Of a DNA stretch of 64,000 bases, positions 44,433 through 55,043 are shown piece after piece. Both the position numbers and the translations under genes were made by a program. Location of the stretch: NCBI GenBank assembly GCA_029007985.1, contig JAQXIW010000026.1, forward strand, positions 560 through 64,559. Reading direction: 5' to 3'. The notes under the pieces were generated by a model. The model was not told the DNA's origin and made no database searches. It saw nothing but the letters and a program-made list of their open reading frames with translations. Numbering within the stretch: position 1 is the first letter of the stretch; every line of letters begins with the position of its first letter. The DNA comes from Oscillospiraceae bacterium. GTDB lineage: Bacteria; Bacillota; Clostridia; Oscillospirales; Ruminococcaceae.

Positions 44433-45266
44433 ATGTCACTTTTACATCTCAATTTTGAAAGCGAATATCTGCATTTTAACACCGATGTCAATATCATTAT
44501 GCCGGACAGACCGAAAAACATAACGCCGGAGGAATTTTATCTCAGCGGCGAAAAATACAAGGTACTGTATCTTTTACACGGTACATACGGCGATTACAGC
44601 GACTGGATAAGGAAAAGTAACATCGAGGTCTACGCCGCCGAGAGAAATTTGGTGGTTGTCATGCCGTCGGCGGGCAATTCCTATTATTCAAACTGGTCCA
44701 CAATGATGGGCATAAATGTCCGGGACTACCTGATTAAAGAGCTTATGCCGCTTATCAACGGCTGGCTGCCTGTGTCGGACAAAAGGGAAGATACCTTTAT
44801 TGCCGGCCTGTCCATGGGCGGCGAGGGCACACTGAAATATGCCGTAAATCACCCGGATAAATTTGCCGCCGCGGCTGTGCTGTCTATGTATTCCAGAGAT
44901 TACGCCGCCATTCCGCCGGAAAAAGCCGACCGGCGCACACTGGACAGATACAACGCCGTGGGCGGTTTTGAAAACTTTATAAACTCATACGAAAACACCA
45001 GAGAGCTTCTGCTGCGGCATAAAGACGACGGCACTTTGCCGAGACTGATGTTCACGATAGGCGAGGACGACTTTTTGTGGGAAGGCTACTGTGAATTCAA
45101 GAAATGGGCTGTCGAAAACGGCATAAAAGCTGAGTTTTACGAGACCCCGGGCTACACACACGAGTGGAGATTCTGGGATTTGGAAATCCAGAGAGCTTTG
45201 GACTTTTTCGGCATTGAAAAGTTTGACCCGGTAAATTTTTGGGATTTGAAAAAAGATAAAAAGTAA
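44433..45266 (+). CDS. Esterase family protein (S-formylglutathione hydrolase / tributyrin esterase-like)
   Basis: LYLLHGTYGDYSDW and GLSMGG nucleophile motif, with a C-terminal GYTHEW. Confidence 0.8.
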   Translation: MSLLHLNFESEYLHFNTDVNIIMPDRPKNITPEEFYLSGEKYKVLYLLHGTYGDYSDWIRKSNIEVYAAERNLVVVMPSAGNSYYSNWSTMMGINVRDYLIKELMPLINGWLPVSDKREDTFIAGLSMGGEGTLKYAVNHPDKFAAAAVLSMYSRDYAAIPPEKADRRTLDRYNAVGGFENFINSYENTRELLLRHKDDGTLPRLMFTIGEDDFLWEGYCEFKKWAVENGIKAEFYETPGYTHEWRFWDLEIQRALDFFGIEKFDPVNFWDLKKDKK

Positions 45267-45480
45267 AAAAGATACAAAAAATATCATACCATATAGAAAT
45301 ACAACCGCATGGGATTGATACCGTGCGGTTGTATTTTGCGGAAATATATACTCTTATTTATAGAAGAAGTACAAATTTTTTCACCGGCAGAGATTCTAAA
45401 ACAGGAATTTCGAAACAAACAGTATAAACAAAAACCCGACCTAATCAAATAGGCCGGGCTATGATATTATATACGGCGTT

Positions 45481-46434
45481 TTATCCTCTTGTGCCCTCGG
45501 TCTTGTAGTCTGTTGACCAGCCCTGCAGGTCGGTCGGGGAAATGCTGTCGTCCCATGTGCCGAGAGAGACGGCGTTATAGTATTCTACCCAGGCCGCGTC
45601 CGAACGAATTGCCGTACCCGTGCGGTACTTGTCTTCCCAAGGATTTTGAGTATCCGGGTCGGTCGGGTCCCAACCGCGCAGTTCCGTATCGTCCGGGTCG
45701 ATGTAAATTGTACCCGGTTTGCCCATAGGGCCCGGGCAATTTTCGTCATCATAGATGAACACAGGTGTGCCGATAGGGCAGTTGTCGTATATCCACTTGA
45801 CATCGACCACCTGCAGCCTGATACAGCCCAGAGAGGCGATAGAGCCCAGCTTGTTGTATTCCACATATTCGATGTCGTCCTTATGCTGTGAGTAGTACGG
45901 CACCGAATGGAAAAGATAGGCGCTCCAAATTCTGGTGGAATACTGACCGTATGACGGGCCGGCGAGCAGACGCCACTCATAATTGACAGGCGTTTCAAAA
46001 TAGCCGGTCGGGGTGTCGGTGCCGCCGGAGCAGACAAAAGCCATATACGGCACGGTGTATTCGCCGTTTTCGTCCGGGGTGTAAACCGTGACAGTGGAGG
46101 CGGCTCTGTTTACACACAGCCAATATTTCCAGCCCGGCTGTTCCTTTATTGATGTGCCGAATTGATTGGAAAGCGCGTGCATAATCTCGGCGCCCTTTTC
46201 GTTCCAAGTAGACGGGTCAGTGACCTGCGGCTGATTGAGAGTACACAGCTCGGAAGCCTTGCTGACAACCTCGTCGTATTTCTGTTTGCGGATTTCATCC
46301 TCCGTCGGCTCGGAAGAAACAACGGACGACGGTGAGTCGCTGTTCACCGGGGTGTCCGCATTCTTTTTTGCACAGCCTGCAAAAACGGCGGCACACAAAA
46401 CAAGAGCCGATATAATAAAAGTCAGTCTTTTCAT
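45481..46434 (-). CDS. L,D-transpeptidase (YkuD domain) lipoprotein
   Basis: Lipobox LCAAVFAGC. Catalytic HSVPY...SLGCIRL motif. Confidence 0.85.
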   Translation of the reverse strand: MKRLTFIISALVLCAAVFAGCAKKNADTPVNSDSPSSVVSSEPTEDEIRKQKYDEVVSKASELCTLNQPQVTDPSTWNEKGAEIMHALSNQFGTSIKEQPGWKYWLCVNRAASTVTVYTPDENGEYTVPYMAFVCSGGTDTPTGYFETPVNYEWRLLAGPSYGQYSTRIWSAYLFHSVPYYSQHKDDIEYVEYNKLGSIASLGCIRLQVVDVKWIYDNCPIGTPVFIYDDENCPGPMGKPGTIYIDPDDTELRGWDPTDPDTQNPWEDKYRTGTAIRSDAAWVEYYNAVSLGTWDDSISPTDLQGWSTDYKTEGTRG

Positions 46435-46683
46435 ACAGTCCTCAATATAATTATTTGCATATATTATACCACAAAAAACGGGATAAAACAGTTAATTTTT
46501 GATAAATAAATAACAATCCCACAAAATGTGTTGAGATGTAAAATCAGCGTGAAAACCATAATGATAGTATATGAATCTTTGACAACTCTCGTTTATGTTT
46601 ATATCAGTTAATTAAAATACGGATGAATACCGTCAAATAATACAAGACAAAAAATAAGCATAGTCTTAGAACGCCATTATAAA

Positions 46684-46712
46684 TAAAAGCCCCCACGGAG
46701 AACCGTGGGGGA
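46684..46712 (-). terminator. Rho-independent terminator of PatB paralog 1
   Basis: Minus strand CCCCCACGG-TTCT-CCGTGGGGG followed by CTTTTATTT. Confidence 0.8.
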
Positions 46713-46748
46713 CATATTATGCTGTTTTAAGCAATTTGTAAACCCAAA

Positions 46749-47972
46749 TTACAGGATGTATTCCTTGAGTCTGCGGCACATTTCGTCGCAAGCTTCTGTA
46801 GGAATAGCCATGTTCATACGGATTGAGTTCGGAGCGTGGAACGGACGGCCGTCCTGCCAGATAACACCGTACTTAACACCCTTCTTCTGGAGCTCTTCAA
46901 TTGTCATGCCCTTTTCTTCGAGGTACTTGTCGAACTGAGCATAAATCATGAATGTGCCTTCCGGCTTAGCAACTTCAATGCCAGGAACAGATGTGAGTGT
47001 GTTGTAAACTTTTTCTGAGTTTTCTGTGATAGCTTCTTTGAATGATTTTACCCATTCATAGCCGTCTTCACCGGAGTATGCGCCGATCATAGCGTGCATC
47101 CAGAGAACGTTCATTGAGTTGTAGTGTGTCAATGAAGCTTCCTTGTTCCATCTGTCTCTCCAGTACTTGTTGTAGATGATACCGTAAGAACCTACGAAAC
47201 CTGCAAGGTTGAATGTCTTTGAAGGAGCATAGAAGGAAATTGTGTTCTGTTTTGCCCATTCGTTTGTAAGCTCAGGTGAGAGGTGTTTGTAACCAACATG
47301 GATACAGTCAGCCCAAATCTGGTCAGCGATAACTTTAACATCGTATTTCTCGAAGATAGCATAAGCTTTTTCGAGTTCTTCTTTTGTCCATACACGGCCA
47401 CATGGGTTGTGAGGAGTGCAGAATACTGTTACATGGATGTTGTTTTCAGCGATAACTTTTTCCATGTCTTCATAGTCCATTCTCCATGTACCGTTCTCGT
47501 CTTTCTTGAGCCAAGAGTGAACGATTTCGAAGCCCTGGTTCTTGAGGCAGTTTGTGAAGCCGATGTATGTCGGAGCGTGAAGAAGAACTTTGCAGCCCTT
47601 TTCACCGAAGATGTTCATAGCTGAGAGAACGCCGCCGAGGAGGCCGTTAGCGTAAACGATGTCTTCTTTCTTAACATCTGCGCCGTAGTTGTTCTTCTGC
47701 CATCTGATGATACCTTCAAAGTATTCATCTCTCGGTGCGAAGTAACCGAATGCAGGGTGATCGGCTCTCTTCTTGATAGCGTCTGTGATAGCAGGGCATG
47801 TCTTGAATGACTGGTCGGCAACCCATGTTGGGATGATGTAGTCTTTCCATTCAGGGTCTACTTCAGCGCCCGGAATCGGAATAACGTCAACAGCTCTTGC
47901 GTCCATACCGTGTCTTTCGTTGATGAAAGAAGCGTGCTGGAAAAGGTCATAATACTTGAGATTCTTGTCCAT
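46749..47972 (-). CDS. MalY/PatB family PLP-dependent C-S lyase / aminotransferase, paralog 1
   Basis: WVADQSF, HNPCGRVW and APSKTFNLAG (PLP lysine) blocks. Start set at the ATG after AAAAAGGAGAA. Confidence 0.9.
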   Translation of the reverse strand: MDKNLKYYDLFQHASFINERHGMDARAVDVIPIPGAEVDPEWKDYIIPTWVADQSFKTCPAITDAIKKRADHPAFGYFAPRDEYFEGIIRWQKNNYGADVKKEDIVYANGLLGGVLSAMNIFGEKGCKVLLHAPTYIGFTNCLKNQGFEIVHSWLKKDENGTWRMDYEDMEKVIAENNIHVTVFCTPHNPCGRVWTKEELEKAYAIFEKYDVKVIADQIWADCIHVGYKHLSPELTNEWAKQNTISFYAPSKTFNLAGFVGSYGIIYNKYWRDRWNKEASLTHYNSMNVLWMHAMIGAYSGEDGYEWVKSFKEAITENSEKVYNTLTSVPGIEVAKPEGTFMIYAQFDKYLEEKGMTIEELQKKGVKYGVIWQDGRPFHAPNSIRMNMAIPTEACDEMCRRLKEYIL

Positions 47973-48231
47973 AAAATTTCTCCTTTTTAATCGTCTGTAA
48001 TGCGATAGGACACGCATTACACATCTTTTTACAGTTTCTATTATAATATATTTTTAGCGATAAGTCTATCAAAACCATACAATTTAGACATAGAAAAACA
48101 TACAAGATTTTTAGTGATATTAACGAAAACCACAATTTAATTAGATAAAAGTATGTATAAATGATACAAAAACAAGTTGGTTTATAAATAGTTCAATAGT
48201 GTAATGTTTTGTAAAAATTTTATGTTATCGG

Positions 48232-48268
48232 TGCAAAAAAAAATCCCTCTCCGAAATCGGAGAGGGAT
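48232..48268 (-). terminator. Rho-independent terminator of PatB paralog 2
   Basis: Minus strand CCCTCTCCGA-TTT-CGGAGAGGG followed by ATTTTTTTTT. Confidence 0.8.
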
Positions 48269-48305
48269 AATGTTATTCGTCCGTGAGAATAACCAAAAAC
48301 TCAAA

Positions 48306-49529
48306 TTACAGGATGTATTCCTTGAGTCTGCGAGCCATTTCGTGGCAAGCTTCAACAGGGATAGCCATGTTCATACGGATTGAGTTCGGAGCGTGGAACG
48401 GACGGCCGTCCTGCCAGATAACACCGTACTTAACACCCTTCTTCTGGAGTTCTTCAATTGTCATGCCCTTTTCTTCGAGGTACTTGTCGAACTGAGCATA
48501 GATCATGAATGTGCCTTCAGGTTTAGAAACTTCAATGCCAGGGATAGATGTAAGAACATTGTAGATTTCTTCTGAGTTTTCTGTGATAGCTTCCTGGAAT
48601 GATTTTACCCATTCGTAGCCGTCTTCACCGGAGTATGCGCCGATCATAGCGTGCATCCAGAGAACGTTCATGTCGTTGAAGTGTGAGAGGGAAGCTTCCT
48701 TGTTCCATCTGTCTCTCCAATACTTGTTTCTGATGATACCGTAAGAACCTACGAAACCTGCAAGGTTGAATGTCTTAGAAGGAGCATAGAAGGAAATTGT
48801 GTTCTCTCTTGCCCAAGCGTTTGTGTTTTCAGGTGGGAGCTGCTTGTAGCCAACGTGGATGCAGTCAGCCCAGATCTGGTCACAAACTACCTTAACATCA
48901 TACTTTTCGAAGATAGCATAAGCCTTGTCGAGCTCTTCTTTTGTCCATACACGGCCGCATGGGTTGTGCGGAGCGCAGAATACTGTAGCATGGATGTTGT
49001 TTTCAGCGATAACTTTTTCCATGTCTTCGAAGTCCATTCTCCAAATGCCGTTTTCATCTTTCTTCAGCCAGGAGTGAACGATTTCGTAACCGTTGTTGTG
49101 GATACAGCCTGTGAAGCCGATGTATGTAGGAGCGTGGAGGAGAACCTTTGCGCCCTTTTCGCAGAATACGTTGAGAGCTGCGATAACGCCGCCGAGAAGA
49201 CCGTTAGCGTAAACGATGTCTTCCTGCTTTACATCTGAATCATACTGATTCTTCTGCCATCTGATGATGCCTTCATAGTATTCAGGTCTTGGAGCATAGT
49301 AACCGAATGCAGGGTGCTTTGCTCTGGCGATAACAGCGTCCTGAATAGCAGGGCATGTCTTAAATGACTGGTCAGCAACCCATGTAGGGATGATGTAGTC
49401 TTTCCATTCTTCGTCTACTTCTGCGTCAGGAATCGGGATTCTGTCAACAGCCATAGCGTCCATGCCGTGTCTTTCATTGATGAAAGAAGCGTGCTGGAAA
49501 AGATCATAGTACTTAAGATCCTTGTTCAT
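48306..49529 (-). CDS. MalY/PatB family PLP-dependent C-S lyase / aminotransferase, paralog 2
   Basis: Same motifs as paralog 1. The proteins are colinear and highly similar over their full length. Confidence 0.9.
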   Translation of the reverse strand: MNKDLKYYDLFQHASFINERHGMDAMAVDRIPIPDAEVDEEWKDYIIPTWVADQSFKTCPAIQDAVIARAKHPAFGYYAPRPEYYEGIIRWQKNQYDSDVKQEDIVYANGLLGGVIAALNVFCEKGAKVLLHAPTYIGFTGCIHNNGYEIVHSWLKKDENGIWRMDFEDMEKVIAENNIHATVFCAPHNPCGRVWTKEELDKAYAIFEKYDVKVVCDQIWADCIHVGYKQLPPENTNAWARENTISFYAPSKTFNLAGFVGSYGIIRNKYWRDRWNKEASLSHFNDMNVLWMHAMIGAYSGEDGYEWVKSFQEAITENSEEIYNVLTSIPGIEVSKPEGTFMIYAQFDKYLEEKGMTIEELQKKGVKYGVIWQDGRPFHAPNSIRMNMAIPVEACHEMARRLKEYIL

Positions 49530-49866
49530 AAAAATTTCTCCTTTTTGTTTGTTCCGGCAGAGCCGGAAATTTTAATCAATAATCATAACGCGATTATTTT
49601 CTGTTTACATTATACTCCTTTTTGTGTATAAGTGTATACATTCTGTTATGTTTATCGAGTAGAACTTTTGCAAAAAAAACTGTTAAAAATGACGAAAACG
49701 GCGAATAAAAAAGTACAATATACAAAAATCATAATAAAAATTGTAATACATACATATCAATTAAATAATAAAAACGGGCAAGGTGAAACGCTTGAAAGTA
49801 TACAGACTATCAAACACGGATTTCACCGCCCGTTTTGCATTTATATGTTTAAGTTATATAATTTTT

Positions 49867-50862
49867 TTATACTCCGAGCTTGGCTCTGATTTTTGCCTTT
49901 GTCTCTTCCGAGCAGAAAGCGGCGTCGAGCGCGTTGAGAGTTGTCTGCCAAAGCTGCTGTTCCGTAACACCGATTCTGTTAAGAATGTAGTGCTCATATT
50001 TGAGACAGGTTCTCGAAAACATCATATTGTCGGAATTGAGCGTGACCTTTGCGCCGGCTGCAATGAGTTTTCTGACCGGGTGGGCGGCGTAGTTTCTTTC
50101 CGCCTTTACATTGGAGGACACACAGACCTCCAGCGGAATCTGTGTTTTGACGACCTCCCGCAGCCATTCATCGTTATCTACGCAGTGTACGCCGTGGCCG
50201 ATTCTGCTTGCGCCCATATTTATGGCTTTTATTACATTTTCGCCGTTGCCCATTTCGCCGGCGTGGGCTGTCAGCGGCATACCGTATTCTTTACATTTGT
50301 CAAACAGCGGCTTGTAAAGGCTGTAATCGCCGTTGTTCTCGTAGCCGGCCAAGTCCATACCCACCAGACCTTTGCCAAGATATTTCATAGACGCCTCGAG
50401 GGCCTCCATATTCTCTTTCATATTGAAATTTGCGTCCGGTCCCTTGTGCATAAAGCAGTTGAGCAGGCCGATTTCAATGTCCGGGAAATCCTTTTTGGCA
50501 AGTCTTATGCCCTCGCAGAGAGCGTCGACCGTGTCCGCCTGTGACAGACCTTTGAGGGTGTGCTGCTGTGAGGCGTATCTGATTTCGGCATAGACAAGGC
50601 CCTCGTCGTTGAGCTGTTTAATGAGATTGTATATTGATTCTATCAGGTTTTCTCTCGTCTGCATAACGGCGCAGGTGAGCTCGAATTTGCGGAAGCCGTC
50701 TTCTCTCGAGGCATATTTAGTGTTGTAGAGCATGTTGTAGTACTCTTCAAAAGTGGTTTCCCGAGGAATTACGCCCTCTTTAATGCTCTTTTCATAAGCC
50801 CACGGCAATTCGAGAGAGCCGTCAAGATGAAGGTGAAGTTCGATTTTGGCTGTGTTCATCAT
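49867..50862 (-). CDS. add: Adenosine deaminase
   Basis: ELHLHLDGSL, AHAGE and NSDNMMF (SDD-like) metal and active-site blocks. Confidence 0.9.
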   Translation of the reverse strand: MMNTAKIELHLHLDGSLELPWAYEKSIKEGVIPRETTFEEYYNMLYNTKYASREDGFRKFELTCAVMQTRENLIESIYNLIKQLNDEGLVYAEIRYASQQHTLKGLSQADTVDALCEGIRLAKKDFPDIEIGLLNCFMHKGPDANFNMKENMEALEASMKYLGKGLVGMDLAGYENNGDYSLYKPLFDKCKEYGMPLTAHAGEMGNGENVIKAINMGASRIGHGVHCVDNDEWLREVVKTQIPLEVCVSSNVKAERNYAAHPVRKLIAAGAKVTLNSDNMMFSRTCLKYEHYILNRIGVTEQQLWQTTLNALDAAFCSEETKAKIRAKLGV

Positions 50863-51172
50863 ATAACTCCTTTTATTATTTTTTATTAAGTATAACATTT
50901 TTGACCGGTAAAGTATATATTATTTATTACAATTATTGTGATTGCATAATTGCATAAACTGTTGTAAAATTACAATTATGCCAAATAAACGGCAGATTTG
51001 CGGCGATTATTCCGCTATTTATATGATTTTTTATCTATATTAAATTTGCCGTACAAGGAAATTATAATAAAGAATGTATATTTATATCTGTAATTTCAAA
51101 CGCTAAAACCGAAATAAGCTTATTCCGTTTAGCTGCGTTTTGTGCGGATGTTTTTATAAATCGGGGGCATAT

Positions 51173-51697
51173 ATGGACTACAATTTGAGAAATGCTTTTG
51201 AGAGTATTCGGCAGACTCGGGCGGTGTGCACACGGGAATGCGGCATGGGGTATTCAAAGGAAGAAATTGAAAATACGCTGACTTTGGAAACCGTGCTATT
51301 TATAGCCTACATTATTTCCTGTGACGAAATTACTCGGGAGGATGTGGCAAAACTGGCTTTCTACACCGGTTTTGACTTGTCGGTTTTTGATTTGTACGAC
51401 ATAATGAGGGAAAACGGCATAGAGGACAACACATTTGAATACAATGTGCCGCGACTTTTGGATATTATGGTACAGCTGGACAATATTTTGATTGACAACG
51501 GCGCGCAAATCGGCGTGTCGCAATATATGTCTCTGGCTTATATACAGACCTTTGGTTATCTGGCGGAGGAATTTTACAGCGACAACGGCAGAATAAATTA
51601 CGACAGACGCGAGAATTGGGATGTTTTCCAAAAAACTCTGACCGCCTATGTAGATGGGAATTTGCACAGCGGCCGGTCGGAATACGATATATTCTGA
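51173..51697 (+). CDS. Hypothetical protein
   Basis: 174-aa ORF. ATG follows GGGGGC. No family recognised. Confidence 0.5.
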   Translation: MDYNLRNAFESIRQTRAVCTRECGMGYSKEEIENTLTLETVLFIAYIISCDEITREDVAKLAFYTGFDLSVFDLYDIMRENGIEDNTFEYNVPRLLDIMVQLDNILIDNGAQIGVSQYMSLAYIQTFGYLAEEFYSDNGRINYDRRENWDVFQKTLTAYVDGNLHSGRSEYDIF

Positions 51698-51906
51698 ATA
51701 ATATAAAGCCACGGCGGATTGGGGCGGTTTTTCAGCCGGCACCGTGCAGTATCATATTTAGGGGAAATTGTACAGATTGTTATTTATTTTTGTTTCGGTT
51801 ATTATTCATATGGCAGAATCGGTTTTAAGCCTGAACAAAAATGTATACAAACGGTGTAAAATGTGGTAGTATTGTCACCGTTTGATATAAATTTTTGGGG
51901 GTTAAT

Positions 51907-52815
51907 ATGTGGTTTTTATTCACACTTTTGACGACGGCTCTTTGGTCGCTCGCCGAGCTCTTTTATAAAAAGGGCGCAAGGGAGGACGAAAAATACGCCC
52001 ATCTTAAAATCTGCGTCTGCGTCGGCTTTGTCATGGGCGCTCACGCTCTGTACACGATAGTGACCGGCGGCGGATATAATCCGGTAAACATTGTAAAATA
52101 TCTGCCTGTTTCAGCCTGTTACATTCTGTCCATGGCCTTTTCCTTTTTCGGAATGAGATTTATCGAGGAATCCATCTCCGACCCTATCGAGAATACCTCC
52201 GGCGCAATCTGCGCTCTTATGGCGGTTGTACTGCTCGGCGAGGAAATCGCCCGGGGCTCTGTTGTCGCCATCGGCGTCATTTTAGTGGGTATTTTGGGAA
52301 TAGGCTATCTTGAAAACAGCGGTGAGACAAAGAGAAGCGATAAGTTGGGCAAAAAAATGGCGGTAATCGCCTTTTCAATGCCGTTTCTCTATGCGATTAT
52401 CGACGCGCTGGGCTCGTTCCTTGACATAGTTTATCTGGATATCGAGATGACAAACCTTGTGGGAGTTACGGCTGAAAACATCGAGGACATCGCCAATACT
52501 TCATACGAGCTGACCTTCTTTATCTGTGCGGTTATTTTGCTTGTTTTTATGATGATAAAGGGCGTAAAGTTCGAATTGCCGAAACAGAGAGACAAGGTGA
52601 TTGCTGCTTTGTGCGAGACAGGCGGCCAGTATTTCTATGTTTACGCAATGAGCGGCAACGGCGCCATAGCTGCGCCGATTATTTCGTCGGTCTGTGTTTT
52701 TTCCGTTTTGCTTTCGAGAATATTCTTAAAAGAAAAGCTGACGAAAAAGCAGTACTTCTTCATTGCTCTTGTCCTCATCGGCATTTTGACTTTGGGAATT
52801 ATCGAGGGCGACTAA
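51907..52815 (+). CDS. DMT superfamily (EamA-like) membrane transporter
   Basis: About 300 aa, roughly 10 hydrophobic segments in two halves. Start set at the ATG after TGGGGG. Confidence 0.65.
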   Translation: MWFLFTLLTTALWSLAELFYKKGAREDEKYAHLKICVCVGFVMGAHALYTIVTGGGYNPVNIVKYLPVSACYILSMAFSFFGMRFIEESISDPIENTSGAICALMAVVLLGEEIARGSVVAIGVILVGILGIGYLENSGETKRSDKLGKKMAVIAFSMPFLYAIIDALGSFLDIVYLDIEMTNLVGVTAENIEDIANTSYELTFFICAVILLVFMMIKGVKFELPKQRDKVIAALCETGGQYFYVYAMSGNGAIAAPIISSVCVFSVLLSRIFLKEKLTKKQYFFIALVLIGILTLGIIEGD

Positions 52816-52831
52816 ACCGATACATAACGAT

Positions 52832-52865
52832 ACACACCCTGTCAAACGGCAGGGTGTGTTTTTCA
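52832..52865 (+). terminator. Rho-independent terminator
   Basis: ACACACCCTG-TCAAACGG-CAGGGTGTGT followed by TTTTC. Confidence 0.8.
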
Positions 52866-52959
52866 TTGTCATAAATTGAATATTTTTCACAATTTTTTGT
52901 TTATATTAAAAGTTTAGCAATAAATCTGTGGTATAATATCCGTAAAGGAGTGTGGCGAA

Positions 52960-53712
52960 ATGAGTGATACATTAAAATTCCGTCGGGACGAAGACAATTC
53001 CATGATAGATTCAAGGCGTGACGATATTGTACTCAAAACATTGATGAACGATAAATTTATGGAATTTATCGAAGAGCAGAGAGAGCCTTATCAGGAGCTT
53101 TTGGCGTACTATCGCTGTGCCATTATGGAGATGGAGACGAAATTCCGCGTTCTCAACGAGCAGTTTTCTCTGCAATACGACAGAAACCCGATTGAGAGCA
53201 TAAAATCCCGAATTAAGTCGATGGACAGCCTGTTAAAGAAAATCAAGGTAAAAAATGTCAACCTGACTTTACAGGACATCGAAAATCAGATAACAGACAT
53301 TGCGGGCGTGAGAGTGGTCTGCTCTTTCCCGGAGGACATATATCTTTTGTATGACTGCCTTGCGAAACAGGACGATATAAAAATATTGGAAGTCAAAGAC
53401 TACATCAAAAACCCGAAGCCGAGCGGATACCGTTCTCTGCACTTGATAGTGGAGATACCGATTTTCCTGCGGAACGAAAAGCGCAATATGAAGGTCGAAG
53501 TCCAGCTCAGGACAATAGCCATGGACTTCTGGGCGAGCCTTGAACACAAATTGAGATACAAAAAGGATATACCGGAGGATATTCTTCGGGGGCTGTCAAA
53601 GGAATTGTCGGAATGTGCCGAAACTATCGCCCGGCTCGATTACAAAATGCAGATGATTCGCAACGAGCTCAGCCCGGAGGAGCACATCTGGAAACTGCCT
53701 ACTTTATACTGA
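52960..53712 (+). CDS. Small alarmone synthetase (RelP/RelQ-type GTP pyrophosphokinase)
   Basis: DIAGVRVV, GYRSLHLIV and VEVQLRTIAMDFWASLEHKLRYK synthetase-domain blocks. No hydrolase domain. Confidence 0.9.
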   Translation: MSDTLKFRRDEDNSMIDSRRDDIVLKTLMNDKFMEFIEEQREPYQELLAYYRCAIMEMETKFRVLNEQFSLQYDRNPIESIKSRIKSMDSLLKKIKVKNVNLTLQDIENQITDIAGVRVVCSFPEDIYLLYDCLAKQDDIKILEVKDYIKNPKPSGYRSLHLIVEIPIFLRNEKRNMKVEVQLRTIAMDFWASLEHKLRYKKDIPEDILRGLSKELSECAETIARLDYKMQMIRNELSPEEHIWKLPTLY

Positions 53713-53714
53713 AT

Positions 53715-53740
53715 AAAAAAGCACCCGCCGGGGTGCTTTT
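53715..53740. terminator. Bidirectional terminator between convergent genes
   Basis: AAAAAAGCACCC-GCCG-GGGTGCTTTT. Confidence 0.75.
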
Positions 53741-53777
53741 AGTTTGTATACAATTAAACGGTTATCGCTCTTTCGGT

Positions 53778-55043
53778 TTATACAGCCGTGTAAATCACAT
53801 CAAAGAGCGTGAGAGCGCCGTCTTTTGAAAATTCAGCTGTGAAGCGGCCGCCGGTGAATCTCCACTCGGCGTGGGTTTCGGTGCCCGACTGTCTCAAATA
53901 TGCCGGAGAGCCGAAAATCCGTGTGAAGTCTTGATAACCCGACTTTTCGCTCACTCCGAAAAAGCTTAGTCCGTGATTGGCTTTTTCAAGATAGAGCGTT
54001 GCGCCGATAACCTTGCAGTCCTCGGCTTCGCGCTCGGCTGATTTATGGTTGTAAACGGTCAGAGCCATCGAGCCGTCCTCGGACAGAACGGTTTTCTTTT
54101 CGCCGCCGGACAAATTGAAGTCGTCATCAAAATCCGCAATGTCATAGTCGAAGATGAGCGACGCCGTCATCGGCAGAGCGAAAAGCTCGCCGTCTATGTC
54201 GTATTGGAACATATTTATATCGTACATCTGATTGTCGTCGTAGACTTCGGTATATAACAGTTCGTCATCGTCGTCTTTATTATCGGTATTTTCAATCTGC
54301 GGCAGAGCAATATCTTCACATTCGTACAGCTCGACATTTATCACGACTGTAAAGGTGTTTATATTTACACCCATTGCCGACGCCAAGCCAATCATGGAAT
54401 CCGGCAATGTCAGCCGAATTGACTTGATTTTCAGGCTCTTTCTATCAAAGGTCAGCTCCGCGTTGAATTTGGCGTTTTCCAATACTTTGTCCGCCGCATC
54501 GTCGTCCGCCGTAATATCCGTGTCAAAAAGTGTATCGATAGCTTTTTTGACAGGTATTGTAGCGTTCACCACATAGTTGTCGCCGTCGGCGGAAATATTC
54601 ATTTCTTCAAACAAATCCAAGGTGAATTTTGACAAATCGACTGTCAGTTTGAGCTCATCCTTCCGGTCGTCCGCCTCGTAGCACTGCCACTTGTCGTTTT
54701 TGTCCTTTGCGTAAATCTTGCCGTTTTGGGCGTCAACGAATATTTCGCCTTTTACGGTTTGAGCAAAATCCGCGCCCAAAGATAATTCGGTATCGCTGTC
54801 AATGTGGTAGATACCGTTTTTTGCCTCAATGTCGGATAAAGAGTTTATTGCCGCATTTGTATATTCCTGGTCACCGTCTTTCGTATTGATTTGAAAATCC
54901 GCTTCTACCGCAACGGAATATTTGCCCTCGGAAAATATGTCCCTGTTCGCCCGGATGATTTTTTCCGGCGTCGGCGCGTCCGCACAGGCGGTCAAACCCG
55001 CAGCCATGGCGAGAGCGAAAAGGGCTCCGCAAAATTTTTTCAT
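53778..55043 (-). CDS. Lipoprotein of unknown function
   Basis: Lipobox AAGLTAC after a signal peptide. 421 aa, acidic, no family recognised. Confidence 0.7.
   Translation of the reverse strand: MKKFCGALFALAMAAGLTACADAPTPEKIIRANRDIFSEGKYSVAVEADFQINTKDGDQEYTNAAINSLSDIEAKNGIYHIDSDTELSLGADFAQTVKGEIFVDAQNGKIYAKDKNDKWQCYEADDRKDELKLTVDLSKFTLDLFEEMNISADGDNYVVNATIPVKKAIDTLFDTDITADDDAADKVLENAKFNAELTFDRKSLKIKSIRLTLPDSMIGLASAMGVNINTFTVVINVELYECEDIALPQIENTDNKDDDDELLYTEVYDDNQMYDINMFQYDIDGELFALPMTASLIFDYDIADFDDDFNLSGGEKKTVLSEDGSMALTVYNHKSAEREAEDCKVIGATLYLEKANHGLSFFGVSEKSGYQDFTRIFGSPAYLRQSGTETHAEWRFTGGRFTAEFSKDGALTLFDVIYTAV

Noticed and set aside
52960-53712. The small alarmone synthetase could be a toxSAS toxin of a toxin-antitoxin pair.
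   Set aside because: The sequence looks like housekeeping RelP/RelQ. It is monocistronic with its own RBS and terminator, and no small overlapping antitoxin ORF lies on either side.
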